This document shows, piece after piece, positions 44,312 through 57,035 of a stretch of DNA of 64,000 nt. Source of the stretch: the human T2T-CHM13v2.0 reference genome, Homo sapiens; the NCBI RefSeq assembly GCF_009914755.1, contig NC_060928.1. One strand, written 5' to 3'. Position 1 is the first letter of the stretch, and each line of letters starts with the position of its first letter. A model generated the notes under the pieces. The model was not told the DNA's origin, did no database searches, and was given only the letters and a program-made list of their open reading frames with translations. The position numbers and the translations under genes are program-made.

Positions 44312-45624
44312 ATTCCGTGCTACAGAACACGTACTCTTATAAGAGCTTAAAGTACATCACATACTTACAACCTATAGGTACTAACGTTCACTCTTCAGAT
44401 CAGACAAGTCAGGCTCAGAGAGTTTATGTAACGGGCCAAAGGTCACATAACGAATAAGTGTCAAAACTGAAATTCTTATCCATACAATTGGCAGCAGAGG
44501 GCATGCTCTAATGACCATGATCTATGTGCTGCCTCCCAAGTCTGACACCTTGTCATATAATCCTTTATTTACAGAAAAATCAGACCCCAAATCTCCTGAC
44601 CTTCCTCTGATGCAGAATGTGCTAGATTATGTGTAGCACCATTCCAAGTAAATGTTTACCCCAGGTATATGTTGTTTCTCACCATAATATCATTAACATG
44701 AAGAAAGGCAACTAGTAGTGGTGCCTGTGCTCTTAAGTCTTAGCTGAACCTTCTATTCCATGTGATCAAATTCCAAATGGGTTCCAGAATGCAGAAATAT
44801 AAAGTGATGACAATTGGAAATAAAAGAGAATTAAGCAGATTAATTCAGAAAGTCCAACTTCCCACTAATGGACATCACAGAAAAAGAGAAGAGAAAACAG
44901 ATAAAATGGAAAAAAAAGGAGCAAAGGAGCAGCTATTTCTTTGGTTCACAAGGACACATACATGCAAGGTCCCCAAAGTCACTCTGACAGGGAAGGAGAG
45001 AGATGGAAGAGGCATTCTGGCTTTTAACTTCTTCGGCCCAGAAGCCGTGCTCAGCTCACATTCCACTGGGCAGAACCAGTTATATGTCCCCAGCTTAGCT
45101 GCAAGGGAGGCTGAGAAAAGGAGAGGAGCATGAGGATATTTGGTGCATACAAATAGTCTTTGTCATACATATCATTTAGTCTAGAATATGTGAAGACAGG
45201 CACATAAGATTATGTAGGTCTCCAAGTAGATGTAGTGAAACTTAAGCACGAGGAAAGTTATACCCAGAAATGGCTACCCAGTGCCACTCTACTATAGATT
45301 TAGTTTTGGAAAGTAATTCTGGCTGTCTTGCATATATTTGTAAGCCTTTTAGGAGGGAGGCAAAAATAAAAGACAATTTCATCACCTACAATATTTGTGC
45401 TCTTATTATACTCATTTAACTCTGGACTGAAAACAAAATAATAAGCTTTTCATCAATATAATATACATGCAGGAGCTACAACTTAATTACAGTACTTCCC
45501 AAATAAAGCTTCATCCTGACAACGTGTTCAACAAAGTTCTCAATAAACCTTCTCCTTCATCCTGTTCCATCTTGAGCATATAACCAGAATGTGACTTTTG
45601 GAGCTATTTTGAAGTAGTCTAGCT

Positions 45625-45867
45625 TAGTGGTTCTCAACTAGGGACAAGTTTGCCCCCCAAGAAGACATTTAGTATGTCTAGAGACACTTTTGGTTGTCAC
45701 AACTGGGGAAGGGTTTCTACTTTCATTTAATGGGTTAATTTAATGGGTTAATTCGAGAGATACTGCTGCAATGTATTATATAACATCCTACAATGCATAA
45801 GATAGACTTCACAACAAAGAATTATCTGACCCAAAATGTTAGTAGTGCCTAGACTGAGAACCCCTGG
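45625..45867 (+). mobile_element. MER20 (hAT-Charlie)
   Basis: agtggttctcaact..tttgcccccca..ttttggttgtcacaactgggg..acaacaaagaattatctg..ccaaaatgt..gagaacccctg. Confidence 0.85.
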
Positions 45868-46549
45868 GCATGATGAAACTCCTACCAATTGGCAGTGTTA
45901 TTTTCCTGCTTTAATTGTCTATTTCTTAAACTGATGATACAGCCTTTAAATTTATCTTTTCTCTCATCTATCTCATATTCTGTAGCAAAATTATTCATCC
46001 TGTGCAACCATCTAACATATTTATAAGTTCTTCTCATCACTTCTTCTCATATTGTGATTCTTCTCATCAGTTGGGCTGAAGCAGGAAATCCACAAATTTC
46101 CCCACTACAAAGAACTAAACTCCAAATACATTTGGTCTATTCTATTCTGACAGCTGTTAATAATTTAGAAGCTTCAAGTTCCTGAAGACACCAAATATAT
46201 CTTCTAAAGCCATATGGTATTCTCAATAACTTTGGCTTCATTGAAAGACACATACAATGAACTTTTAAATTCTAAAATTCATTCTTAGCCTTTAATAGTA
46301 CATATTAATAAGTGATTCAGCTTATATAAAACAAATTTCCTTACTTCCACTTTCAAGACCTTTTTCTCATCTGGACTTTTGGCAAAGCAAAATGTAAGGA
46401 GACAAAAGTAGGATAAAAGTATTGATCTCAATTTATGTTAGCAATTCATATTCTGAGTTTCAGAATCGTAACATAAGAACGTTTTTCTTCCTGTTGTGAC
46501 CAAAATACCTAAAAATATTGACCTAGTATTCTCAACAACATATCCCACC

Positions 46550-46603
46550 TATTGGGTCTTGAATGCCTAGAATTAATATTGGGTCTTGAATGCCTAGAAT
46601 TAA
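46550..46603 (+). repeat. Perfect 27-bp tandem duplication
   Basis: tattgggtcttgaatgcctagaattaa x2. Confidence 0.97.
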
Positions 46604-47115
46604 TTTGACATCTTTCTAAGATTTATATTTTCCAATATCCATTGACTGACACATAAAATTTAGGCAAATTGAATAATAGAAAATGGAAATGGCTTTGTCA
46701 AAGCTTCAAGAGGAAATCTTGCTTAGTTAATAAGCTCCATGGGCCCTTTCTCCAAAGATGATTGTTTAAATTGAAGCAAGAGGCACCTGGCCAACTCCAT
46801 TATCGCAATCTTATGGTGCTGATTGAGCATCAGAGGATATCTCAAGAGGATTTTATCCCTACGTCTACTTATTGAGCCACATTACAGCACTCTAAATAAC
46901 ATTCCTGTGTTCTTCATCCTAATCTCAATTTACCTATTTTAGACAGAGATGAATCTGATACTTTTCACTGTAAACTTCTTCCAACTCAGAATTGTTCTCC
47001 CCAAGTCTATCTTTCACAAGTTTGATGGAAACATTATAAAAATGCAAAATATCAATATATTATTAAAATCCCCCTGATTCCATTGTTAGCTTTCTGAGAT
47101 TTAAATAATTTTTAT

Positions 47116-49242
47116 CAGACAAGGATATACACTTTCGCCACTCCTATTCAACACAGTACGGGAAGTCCTAGCCAGAGCAATCGGGCAACAGAAAGAAATA
47201 AAAAGCATCCAAATAGGAAAAGAAGCCAAACTATCTCTCTTTACTGACAATATAATTCTATAGCTAGAGAATTCGTAAGACTCTGCCAAAAGGCTCCTGG
47301 AACTGATAAACAACTTCAGTAAAGTTTCAAGATATGAAATCAATATACAAAAATCAGTAGCATTCCTATACAGCAATAATGTTCAAGCTGAGAGCCAAAT
47401 CAAGAACACAATCCCATTTACAATAGCCACCAAAAAATAAAATACCTAGGAATAAATCTAACCAAGGAGGTAAAAGATCTCTACAAGGAGAACTACAAAA
47501 CACTGCTGAAAGAAATCACAGACGACACAAACAAATGGAAAAACATTCCATGCTCATTGATTAGAAGAATCAATATTGTTAAAATGGCCAGACTGTCTAA
47601 AGCAATCTATAGATTCAATGCCATTCCTATCAAACTACCAATGTAATTTTACACAGAATTATAAAAAACCATTCTAAAATTCATATGGAACTGAAAAAAT
47701 GCCCAAATAGTCAAAGTAATCCTAAGCAAAAAGAACAAAGTTGGAGGCATCACATTATCCAACTTCAAATTATACTATAGGGCTACAGTAACCAAAACAG
47801 CATGGTACTGGTACGAAAACAGAAACATAGACCAATGGAACAGAAGAGAGAACCCAGAAATAAAACATCACACCTACAGCCATCTGATCTTTGACAAAGT
47901 TGAATAAGCAATAAGGAAAGGACTCCTTAATCAATAAATGGTGCTGGGGTAGCTGGCTAGCCATATACAGAGGATTGAAACTGGTTGCCCACCTTTCACC
48001 ATATACAAAAATTAAATGAATTTTAATTTCAACTAGATGAATTTTAATTTTAATACACAATAATTCACAATATACAAATATTTAAATGGATTAAATATTT
48101 AAATATAAGACCTCAAACTATAAGAATCCTAGAAGAAAACCTAGGAAACAACATTCTGGACATTGGCCTTGGAAAAAAATTTATTACTAAGTCCTCAAAA
48201 GCAATTGCAACCAAAACAAAAATTGACAAGTGGAATCGAATTAAACTAAAGAGCTTCTGCACAGTATAAGAAAATCCCAACAGAGTAAACAGACAACCCC
48301 TCAGAATGGGAAAAAATAATCACAAACTATATATCTGACAAAGGTCTAATATCCAGAGTCTATAAGGAACTTAAATAATTCAACCAGCGAAAAACAAATA
48401 ACCCCATTAAAAAGTGGGCAAAAGACATTAACAGACACTTCTCAAAAGACGACATACAAGCAGCCAAGAAACATATGAAAAAAATGCTCAATATCACTAA
48501 TCATCAGAGAAATGCAAATCAATACCACAATGAGATGTCATCTTGCACCAGTCAGAATAGCTATTATTGAAAAGTCAAAAAATAACAGATGCTGATGAGG
48601 CTATGAAGAAAAGTGGACACTTAAATACACTCTTGGTGAGAATGCAAATTAGTTCAGCCACTGTGGAAAGAAGGATGGAGATTTATTAAAGAACTACCAT
48701 TCGAACAATAATCCAATTACTGAGTAAATATCCAAAGGAAAATAAATTATTCTACCAAAAAGACACATGCACTTGCATATTCATCACAGTGCTATTCACA
48801 ATAGCAAAAACATAGAATCAACCTAGGGACCCATCAATGGTGGATTAGACAAAGAAAATGTGGAACATATGCACTATGGAATGCTACACAGCCATAAACA
48901 AGAAAAATATCATGTCCTTTGCAGAAACATGAATGCAGCTGGCTGCCATTATCTTAGGGGAATTAACACAGGAACAGAAAACCAAATACTGCAGTTCTCA
49001 CTCATAAGTGGGAGTTATGGGTATAAAGATGGGGACAATAAACACAGGAAACTACTAGAAGGGGGAGGTTGGAAGAGGGTTGAAAGTCTACCCATTGGTT
49101 GCAATGCTCATTGCCTGGGCGATGGGATCAATTGTACCCCAAACCTCAGCATCACACAATACACTCACATGACAAATCTGCACATGTACCCCTTGAATCT
49201 AAAATAAAGGTTGAAATTACAAAAAATAAAGTAAAATACAAA
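47116..49242 (+). mobile_element. 5'-truncated L1 (older primate L1PA16/17- or L1PB-like), about 2.1 kb
   Basis: Decayed ORF2 RT/C-terminal region plus 3'UTR and A tail; 14-bp TSD taaataatttttat at 47102 and 49243. Confidence 0.9.
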
Positions 49243-50105
49243 TAAATAATTTTTATTACTTCCTTCATATTAACATCTAGGTAAGAATTCCTCCCTATGA
49301 ATGTGTCATGAAGACAGGAGACAAATTGAAATCACTGGCCCTTGAAGGCATGTTTCCATGGTTTTTGGATGTTCTACAAGTGGAATGGATCTGCTTACAT
49401 CCCCCTCATCAGGATAATAGGGCTTCCTCCCCTTCAACATCAGTGGTCAGTCCAGCCATTTATATCAGCCAGACTCCACCCAAAAGGCATGATGTAACAG
49501 GGTTGGCCATAATTCCTCTGTCTACTCCTAAGCAATTGTACACTCAACTCAGCAAAATTTGTGAAAAAAAATAAAAACGTCTCAGAGCCCAGTAAAAAAG
49601 AGCAATAAAACAGGAGTTCTAGTGGAAAAAAAAATAGCAGCACTTAAGATGAAATTCAAAATGAAATAGCCCACTTTAATTTTTTTCTTATTACAATTTC
49701 CAGTTTTTCTATCCATGAGCATTTAACAATTTGTTTGAAGAAACAAAGTTATTAACACAACACACACATAGAACTTCACATAGAAAAGAAGAAAAAAATC
49801 ATTAAATAACGTTTTACACTTGAAGCACTGGACAACCACTGATCCTGCAGCTGAAATAGGACTATAATATTCCAGTGGAACTTGGAATCAGCATTGGGGC
49901 CCACAACTAATGCAAGTATGCCACTCTCTGAACACCACTTGGCAAGTTCACCAAGTTCCAAAGTCTAATGATCGAGGCTTGATCTTTATTTTCTGAATTA
50001 TTTGGCAGCCGTTCACACAGCTAGTCATTGCCTCCTTATTGAAACATCCTTCATCAGACACCATGTTATGGCCCTCTTCCTCATGCACCACCTGACTGAC
50101 CTCAC

Positions 50106-50205
50106 CTCAGTTTCCTTCACTGGTTTTGCGTTCTCTTCCTGGCTTCTGAACACTATAGCACCCCAGAGCTCAGTCTCGGGACTACCTCTTTTCAATCCAC
50201 ACTGA
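50106..50205 (-). other. Candidate cryptic exon (QCGLKRGSPETELWGAIVFRSQEENAKPVKETE), antisense L2
   Basis: NAGNAG acceptor aag|cag| at 50209/50206, donor GAG|gtgagg at 50106/50105; open frame, phase 0 into the 43178 exon. Confidence 0.3.
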
Positions 50206-50651
50206 CTGCTTGTAGGGGACTGAATGCTGGCCTCCAAAAAACCTCTGTCAATGTTCTAATCCCCAGAACCTATGACTATTCTCTTATTTGATAAAGTAGT
50301 GAGTACTACCTTATATGGCAACAGACATGATTAAGTTGAGGATTTTGAGAGGAGAATCTTATCCTTGCTTATCTGGGTGGGTCCTATATCCAACAAATGT
50401 CCTCACAAGAGATAGACAGAGGAAGGTCTGCCCAACAGAAGAGGAGGAGGCAATGTGACCAGGGAAGCAGAGATTGAAGGGATGTGGCCACAAGTCAAGG
50501 AACACCGACAGCCACCAGAAGCTGGAGGAGATAAAGAATGGATTGACCCCAGAGCCCCCAGAAGGAGCACAGCCCTGCTGGATTGCAGACTTCTAGTCTC
50601 CAGAACTGTGTGAAAGAATAATTTCCGCTGTTTTTTTTTAATATGGAAATG

Positions 50652-51530
<879 letters not shown>

Positions 51531-53039
51531 AATTTCTGCTGTTTTAAGCCACCAAATTCTTGGTAATTTGTTACTGCAGCCCTAGGAAATTAACACACTC
51601 CCTGAGTGGTCTGACCAGCCCACGACACTACACCAATCTCTGTGCCAATGACTCCCCAATTCTAAATCTCCATCTGGGCTCCAGACTCTGCATCCTCCTA
51701 TGCCAACTCACACCTCACACGTCTTAAGTGACTAATTGGCATCTCAAATGCAACCTGCTCAAAGGGAACTCCTGATTCCCACCCCACTCCACCCCACAGT
51801 CTGCTACCCTCCCGGTCTTTTTAGTGAACGATACTACCATTCACTTTCTGCTACACACAGTCAGAGAGATACTGTCTAAAATGACACCAAATCCTATTAC
51901 TCTCTTGCTAAGAATCTTTCAACAACTTCCCATCCTACCCAACATAATCCAAGTCTTTAATCTGACCCCTGGCTACTTCTCTGACCTCATCCTCCACTCC
52001 TGTCCGACTCTTTCACTCCCCTCTGGACACAGTGGTCTCCTCGACAGTCCTGGAAAACACTGGCTTGTTCCCACCTTAGGGCCTTGTACTTGGTGTTCTC
52101 TGTGCCTGCAAGGCCTTTCCTCCAGCCTTTAGTATAACATGCTCACATCTCTTTACTCTTTGTACACCTAATCACACAGGCCTTGATTGATGCTCTAGTC
52201 AAGAGTCACTTTACCTCTGTCTCACCTTTTTTTTCTTAACCCTGCTTTGCTTTCTTCAGAGAACTTATCTCCAAGTTATGTTGCATTATATATTTTTATT
52301 TATTTGTATATTGATAATAACATGTCTTCCCCACTGGAATTTAAGCTTCGGGACAACCATTACACTGATCTCGCCCCACCCCTAACCACCCCTGCTGCAT
52401 CTCCAGCAGCCATAGCACTGGTGCCTAGTTCATATTGAGGTGCTAGAAATGTTTGTTGCATGAATTAATGAATCTAATACTGTGTATAGGATACAAGCAC
52501 GTTTAAGAAATAAACTTTATGACTATTCTCTCTATTTGCCCTTCAGAGGAAACACATAAGAACAAGATGGTTCGTGACACTCATCAAACACTCATTGAGA
52601 AATAATATTTTTACTCATAAAACACTATCTATTAACGAAGCTATATTATCATACAATAAGATCCATAATACTTTTTCAAAGCCACTAAATGCTACAACTA
52701 AAATCAGCTAGGCAAAAAGAAAAGAAAACTATCTCAAAGCATGTGGAACTATTAAGATGTTGGAATCAGAACATCTTTTAAAAGGTTTAACCTTTTAAAA
52801 TGTATGTTAAGAGAGACTCTCACAGCTATTAGATGAATAGGCTGAATACATATCCTCAAGTTACAGCCTGAAAAAGTTGTTACAATAGCATGTTTTTATT
52901 GCCTTAATTGAAGAATGAGTTTAAGCAACCACGAATTCTACTACTTAATTATTGTCCTTTCTTCCCACCTCAAAAAAGCAGTCTAAGGAAATTTTGTGAA
53001 AGGAGACCAGTGGGGTTTAGGGGAATGGAAAGTAACTTG

Positions 53040-54230
53040 TCCTATAAGGTGTTATAAAATAAACAATTAAAATAGTGTGATCTAATAAAAGAATTGGCAG
53101 GCAGATCAATAGAACACAAAAGCAAGACCTGAAACAGATCCTACTAAAACTAAAAGTGTATATAACAAAGAAAACCACTGAAGAATGTGGGTTTATTCAC
53201 ATAAATTGCTAGAAAAATTGGCAAAGTACATGAGGAAAAATCAGGATTGATATTAACCTCAGACCAAAAGAGATTCTACACCAATATGTTAAATGTAAAT
53301 AATGAAATCATTTAAAGTACAAAGAATATATAAAGAAATATTTGGCTGATCCTTACATTGAAAAGAAATTTCAAAGCAAAGAAGTATTTCAAAATTAAAG
53401 CAGATCACAAAGGAAAAAGTCAATAAATTGACTACATAAAGGCTTAAACTCCATTATGTCAAAAATATACACAAAATATTAAAGGCAAATGAGGTATATC
53501 TGCAACAAATATATAGTAAAATGTTAATGTCCTTAATGTAGAAAGAGGACTTCAAAGATAAAAATAATACAGATTTCCCAGTAAAAACAAATAGCCAAAG
53601 GACATGAACAGACAATTCATAGAAAAATATATTTAAGATATTCAACTTCACTTGTAATTAAATAAATAAAAATAAAATAAAACTTTTGCCTTCCAAATTG
53701 GCAATCATTAAAATAATATATTAAGTTGTAGAAAGATGTATTAAGTATATGCTTATTCTTACAGCCCATCTGAAAAGTAACTCTGTGTTTACCACATATA
53801 CATGTTAAACATTCTCCCAAATCTAAAAATATTCATCTCCTTTGACTCTGTTAGCATATTTCTAAGAATATACATAGAAAGATATTTGTATGAAAAACAT
53901 ATAATGTGGCATTATTTATTCTAAAACCCAAATGTCCAATCAGAAAAGAGTTGTTAAATAAATTAAAATTCATTCATAAGAGAGAATTCAATGTAGGCAT
54001 GAAAATTGTATATTTAAAGACACAATAAAATGTCCAAAATATTGAGGTGAGTAAAAAAAAAGAAAGGTAACTAAAAATTACATATAAAAATCCCATTTAT
54101 GCAAAAAAATTCAGTGTATACAATTAAAAACTGAAAGGAAATAAGCAAAGGGTTAAGTGATTTAATGTGGGGAATAGGTGATTTTTTTTTATTCCATTCA
54201 TTTCTTTCCCAAATTTTCAAAAATAGATGT
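53040..54230 (+). mobile_element. Old L1ME-like fragment
   Basis: Decayed A-rich L1 ORF2 (gcagatcaatagaac, gccaaaggacatgaacagacaattcatag). Confidence 0.6.
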
Positions 54231-54232
54231 AA

Positions 54233-54531
54233 TTTTTTTTTTTTTTTTTTGAGATGGAGTCTCCCTCTGTCGCCCAGGCTGCAGTGCAGTGGTGCGATCT
54301 CGGCTGACTGCAACCTCTGCCTTCTGGGTTCAAGTGATTCTCCTGCCTCAGCCTCCTGAGTAGCTGGGATTACAGGCGCACATCACCACGGCTGTCTAAT
54401 TTTTTTTATTTTTAGTAGAGATGGGGTTTCACCGTGTTAGCCAGGATGGTCTCGATCTCCTGACCTCGTGATCCACCCGCCTCGGCCTCCCAAAGTGCTG
54501 GGATTACAGGCGTAAGCCACTGCGCCCGGCC
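54233..54531 (-). mobile_element. AluSc/Sc8-like
   Basis: Full dimer, accgtgttagccaggatggtctcgatctcc; flanking atgtaatttt repeats. Confidence 0.92.
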
Positions 54532-54742
54532 AAATACATGTAATTTTATGGAAACATTATTATGAAAAAGAAGATGAGCATCAAAAAATATTAATCCTAA
54601 AAAAAAATTGTATTTGATAGGCATTGGCCGTCTGTCTATTGAACTATTATGAGTGCATCTTCACAGTACTGGGTTCTTGAAGACCCACTACAGCACGGAT
54701 GGGGAGGAGTCACAGGGCTGAAGGCATTACTGATGTCTAAAC

Positions 54743-55064
54743 CAGGGGTGAGCAAGGGCCGGACAGTAAATATTTTAGGCTGCACAAGCCATAAAGTCTC
54801 TGTTACAACTACTCAACTCTGCCATTTTAGCATGAAAGAGCCGTGGACAATAAGTAAATGAATGGCTGTGTTCCAGTAGAATTTTATTTACACATATCAA
54901 TATTTGAATTTCATGTCACTTTCAATTGTCATGAAATATTATTTCTCTCTCTCTTTTTTCAACCATTTAAAAATGTAAAAACCATTCTTACCTTTTGTAC
55001 TAGGTGGTACAAAAACAGACAGGAGGCTGGATCTGGGCCATGTGCCATGGTTTGCTAACCCCTG
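54743..55064 (+). mobile_element. MER58B (hAT-Charlie)
   Basis: caggggtgagcaa..gtaaatattttaggct..caactactcaactctgcc..tttgctaacccctg; 8-bp TSD gtctaaac/atctaaag. Confidence 0.85.
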
Positions 55065-55823
55065 ATCTAAAGCATAAGAAGTAATCTTTAGAAAAACAGA
55101 GTCAACACTTCAGGCCCAGGAATACCACTTCAGAATGACCTCAGTCCAGTGCATATCAGGGGCTTGTTTGACATCCTGGATTTGAGCTGGTCTCACAGAC
55201 AGGTTTACTATCCATGTATTGCTGTCTCTATGTTCTATTCCTAAAGACAAAGGTTATATATATATATATATATAACCTTTTTTTAAAGGACCTAAACTAT
55301 TTGACTTCAAAATGCTTTCACTGAGTGAAATTTTTATATCATGACTTTATATTTTACAAAAATTTCATTTTAATCATTTGTCTTTGGAAAAACTAAAACA
55401 GAAAATGGATTTATTACAGGATCCAGTAATTCTTTAATCGAGATCCTTTTAACTTTAAATCTAATCACACTCCACGACCCCCACCCCTCCTCGAAAAACA
55501 CACACACAAATCAAACAAAACAAAAACCTCTCCATGGTACCTATGCTAAAGTTGAAGGAAGTTAAAGTTAGAGGAATAGAGTGTCTGCACAGGAGCTCTC
55601 ATTCCAGAGCTCCTCTCTACCAAACACCCTGTTTCAATAAGGCCTTGTCTGCCCTCACAGGTAAGATACTCATCTTTAAGAGAATAATTAATTTATATTT
55701 ATGGCATAAAAATTAGGTTGCTGGTAGCTGATCCACGGACTGGCACTTCAACATCTTTTTAGATTACTTGCTTTTGAGTTATTAAATTATTTCAGTGAAC
55801 TGACCTAGGCTGTTGATACTCTT

Positions 55824-56128
55824 TTTTTTTATTTTTTTAAATTTTTTTATTTTTTTTCTTTTATTATTATACTTTAAGTTTTAGGGTACATGTGCACATT
55901 GTGCAGGTTAGTTACATATGTATACATGTGCCACGCTGGTGCGCTGCACCCACTAACTCGTCATCTAGCATTAGGTATATCTCCCAATGCTATCCCTCCC
56001 CCCTCCCCCCACCCCACAACAGTCCCCAGAGTGTGATGTTCCCCTTCCTGTGTCCATGTGATCTCATTGTTCAATTCCCACCTATGAGTGAGAATATGCG
56101 GTGTTTGGTTTTTTGTTCTTGCGATAGT
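55824..56128 (-). mobile_element. Young 5'-truncated L1 (L1PA2/non-Ta L1Hs-like) 3' end, about 300 bp
   Basis: GCATTGGGAGATATACCTAATGCTAGATGACGAGTTAGTGGGTGCAGCGC; TSD ttgatactctt at 55813 and 56129; TT/AAGA endonuclease site. Confidence 0.92.
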
Positions 56129-56240
56129 TTGATACTCTTAATCCTGTGGCCAAAGAATACATGGAAATACTGGTAGCAACTGTAAGTAACTGGCTGACTA
56201 ATGCTCAAAAGTTACCTCACTTTTATATCACTAAGTCATT

Positions 56241-56281
56241 CACACACACACACACACACCCACACATGCACACACACACAC
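56241..56281 (+). repeat. Interrupted (CA)n microsatellite
   Basis: cacacacacacacacacacccacacatgcacacacacac. Confidence 0.9.
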
Positions 56282-56901
56282 TAGCCCAAATACACCTACA
56301 TCATCTTTCATTTCCAGATACTCCTGAAAAACAAGTTATGACGCCTACTTTCCCAAGTTCTTACTATATGACTTCAAATTCTCTTTTTAACTGTTTATTA
56401 TTAGCATTAACAGTGTTAGTAACAAGTGAAGTTCTCTTAGTTCTGGTTCATATGATCATTGTCATGTACAACTCTAACTATTCAGGACAACAATCATTTT
56501 CAAATACATTTGTACTATTCTTCATCACCAAACAATAATAAAATAAAGAGAAAGAAACCATATGTAAACAACAAAGCAATCCATGACCGAATATTTTCAT
56601 AGTATTCTTACAGGTATCTGGAAACACACAAAAAGTATATGATTAGAAAATTTTATTTATCCAAAAATGAATTTGGATTACAAATACTATATGTCTATCA
56701 TAGATATTGATAACGTCTAATACCATAAAACTTTAAATGACAAACAAATTCATGAGAGGATCCTAGCTAAGTATTTCTTCCAAGGCTTTATTTCCCTGAA
56801 GCTCAGAAGTAAATTCTTTGGCCAGTATGAATCTCATATGTAATTTAGCAGAAGGAACAGACTTATAAAAGCTGATACTTATTTTTAATTTTTGTTCTTA
56901 C

Positions 56902-57035
56902 CTCTGAGATTTCACAATGGAATTTATTTTCACATACACCTCATATACACAGGCATCAGTACTTTCAAACTGCTGAGTAAACATCTTCTTTTCTCCGTCT
57001 TCATTCTCTGATTTCGTTATCTCATCCAGTCTCAT
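56902..57035 (-). other. Candidate alternative first coding exon (MRLDEITKSENEDGEKK...KSQ), partly antisense L2
   Basis: ATG at 57035, 44 open codons plus AG, strong donor AG|gtaaga at 56902/56901; phase 2 matches the 50205 acceptor. No promoter evidence. Confidence 0.25.

Noticed and set aside
44070-44330. ORFs rich in KEGR / PSFL
   Set aside because: Translations of the GGAA microsatellite.
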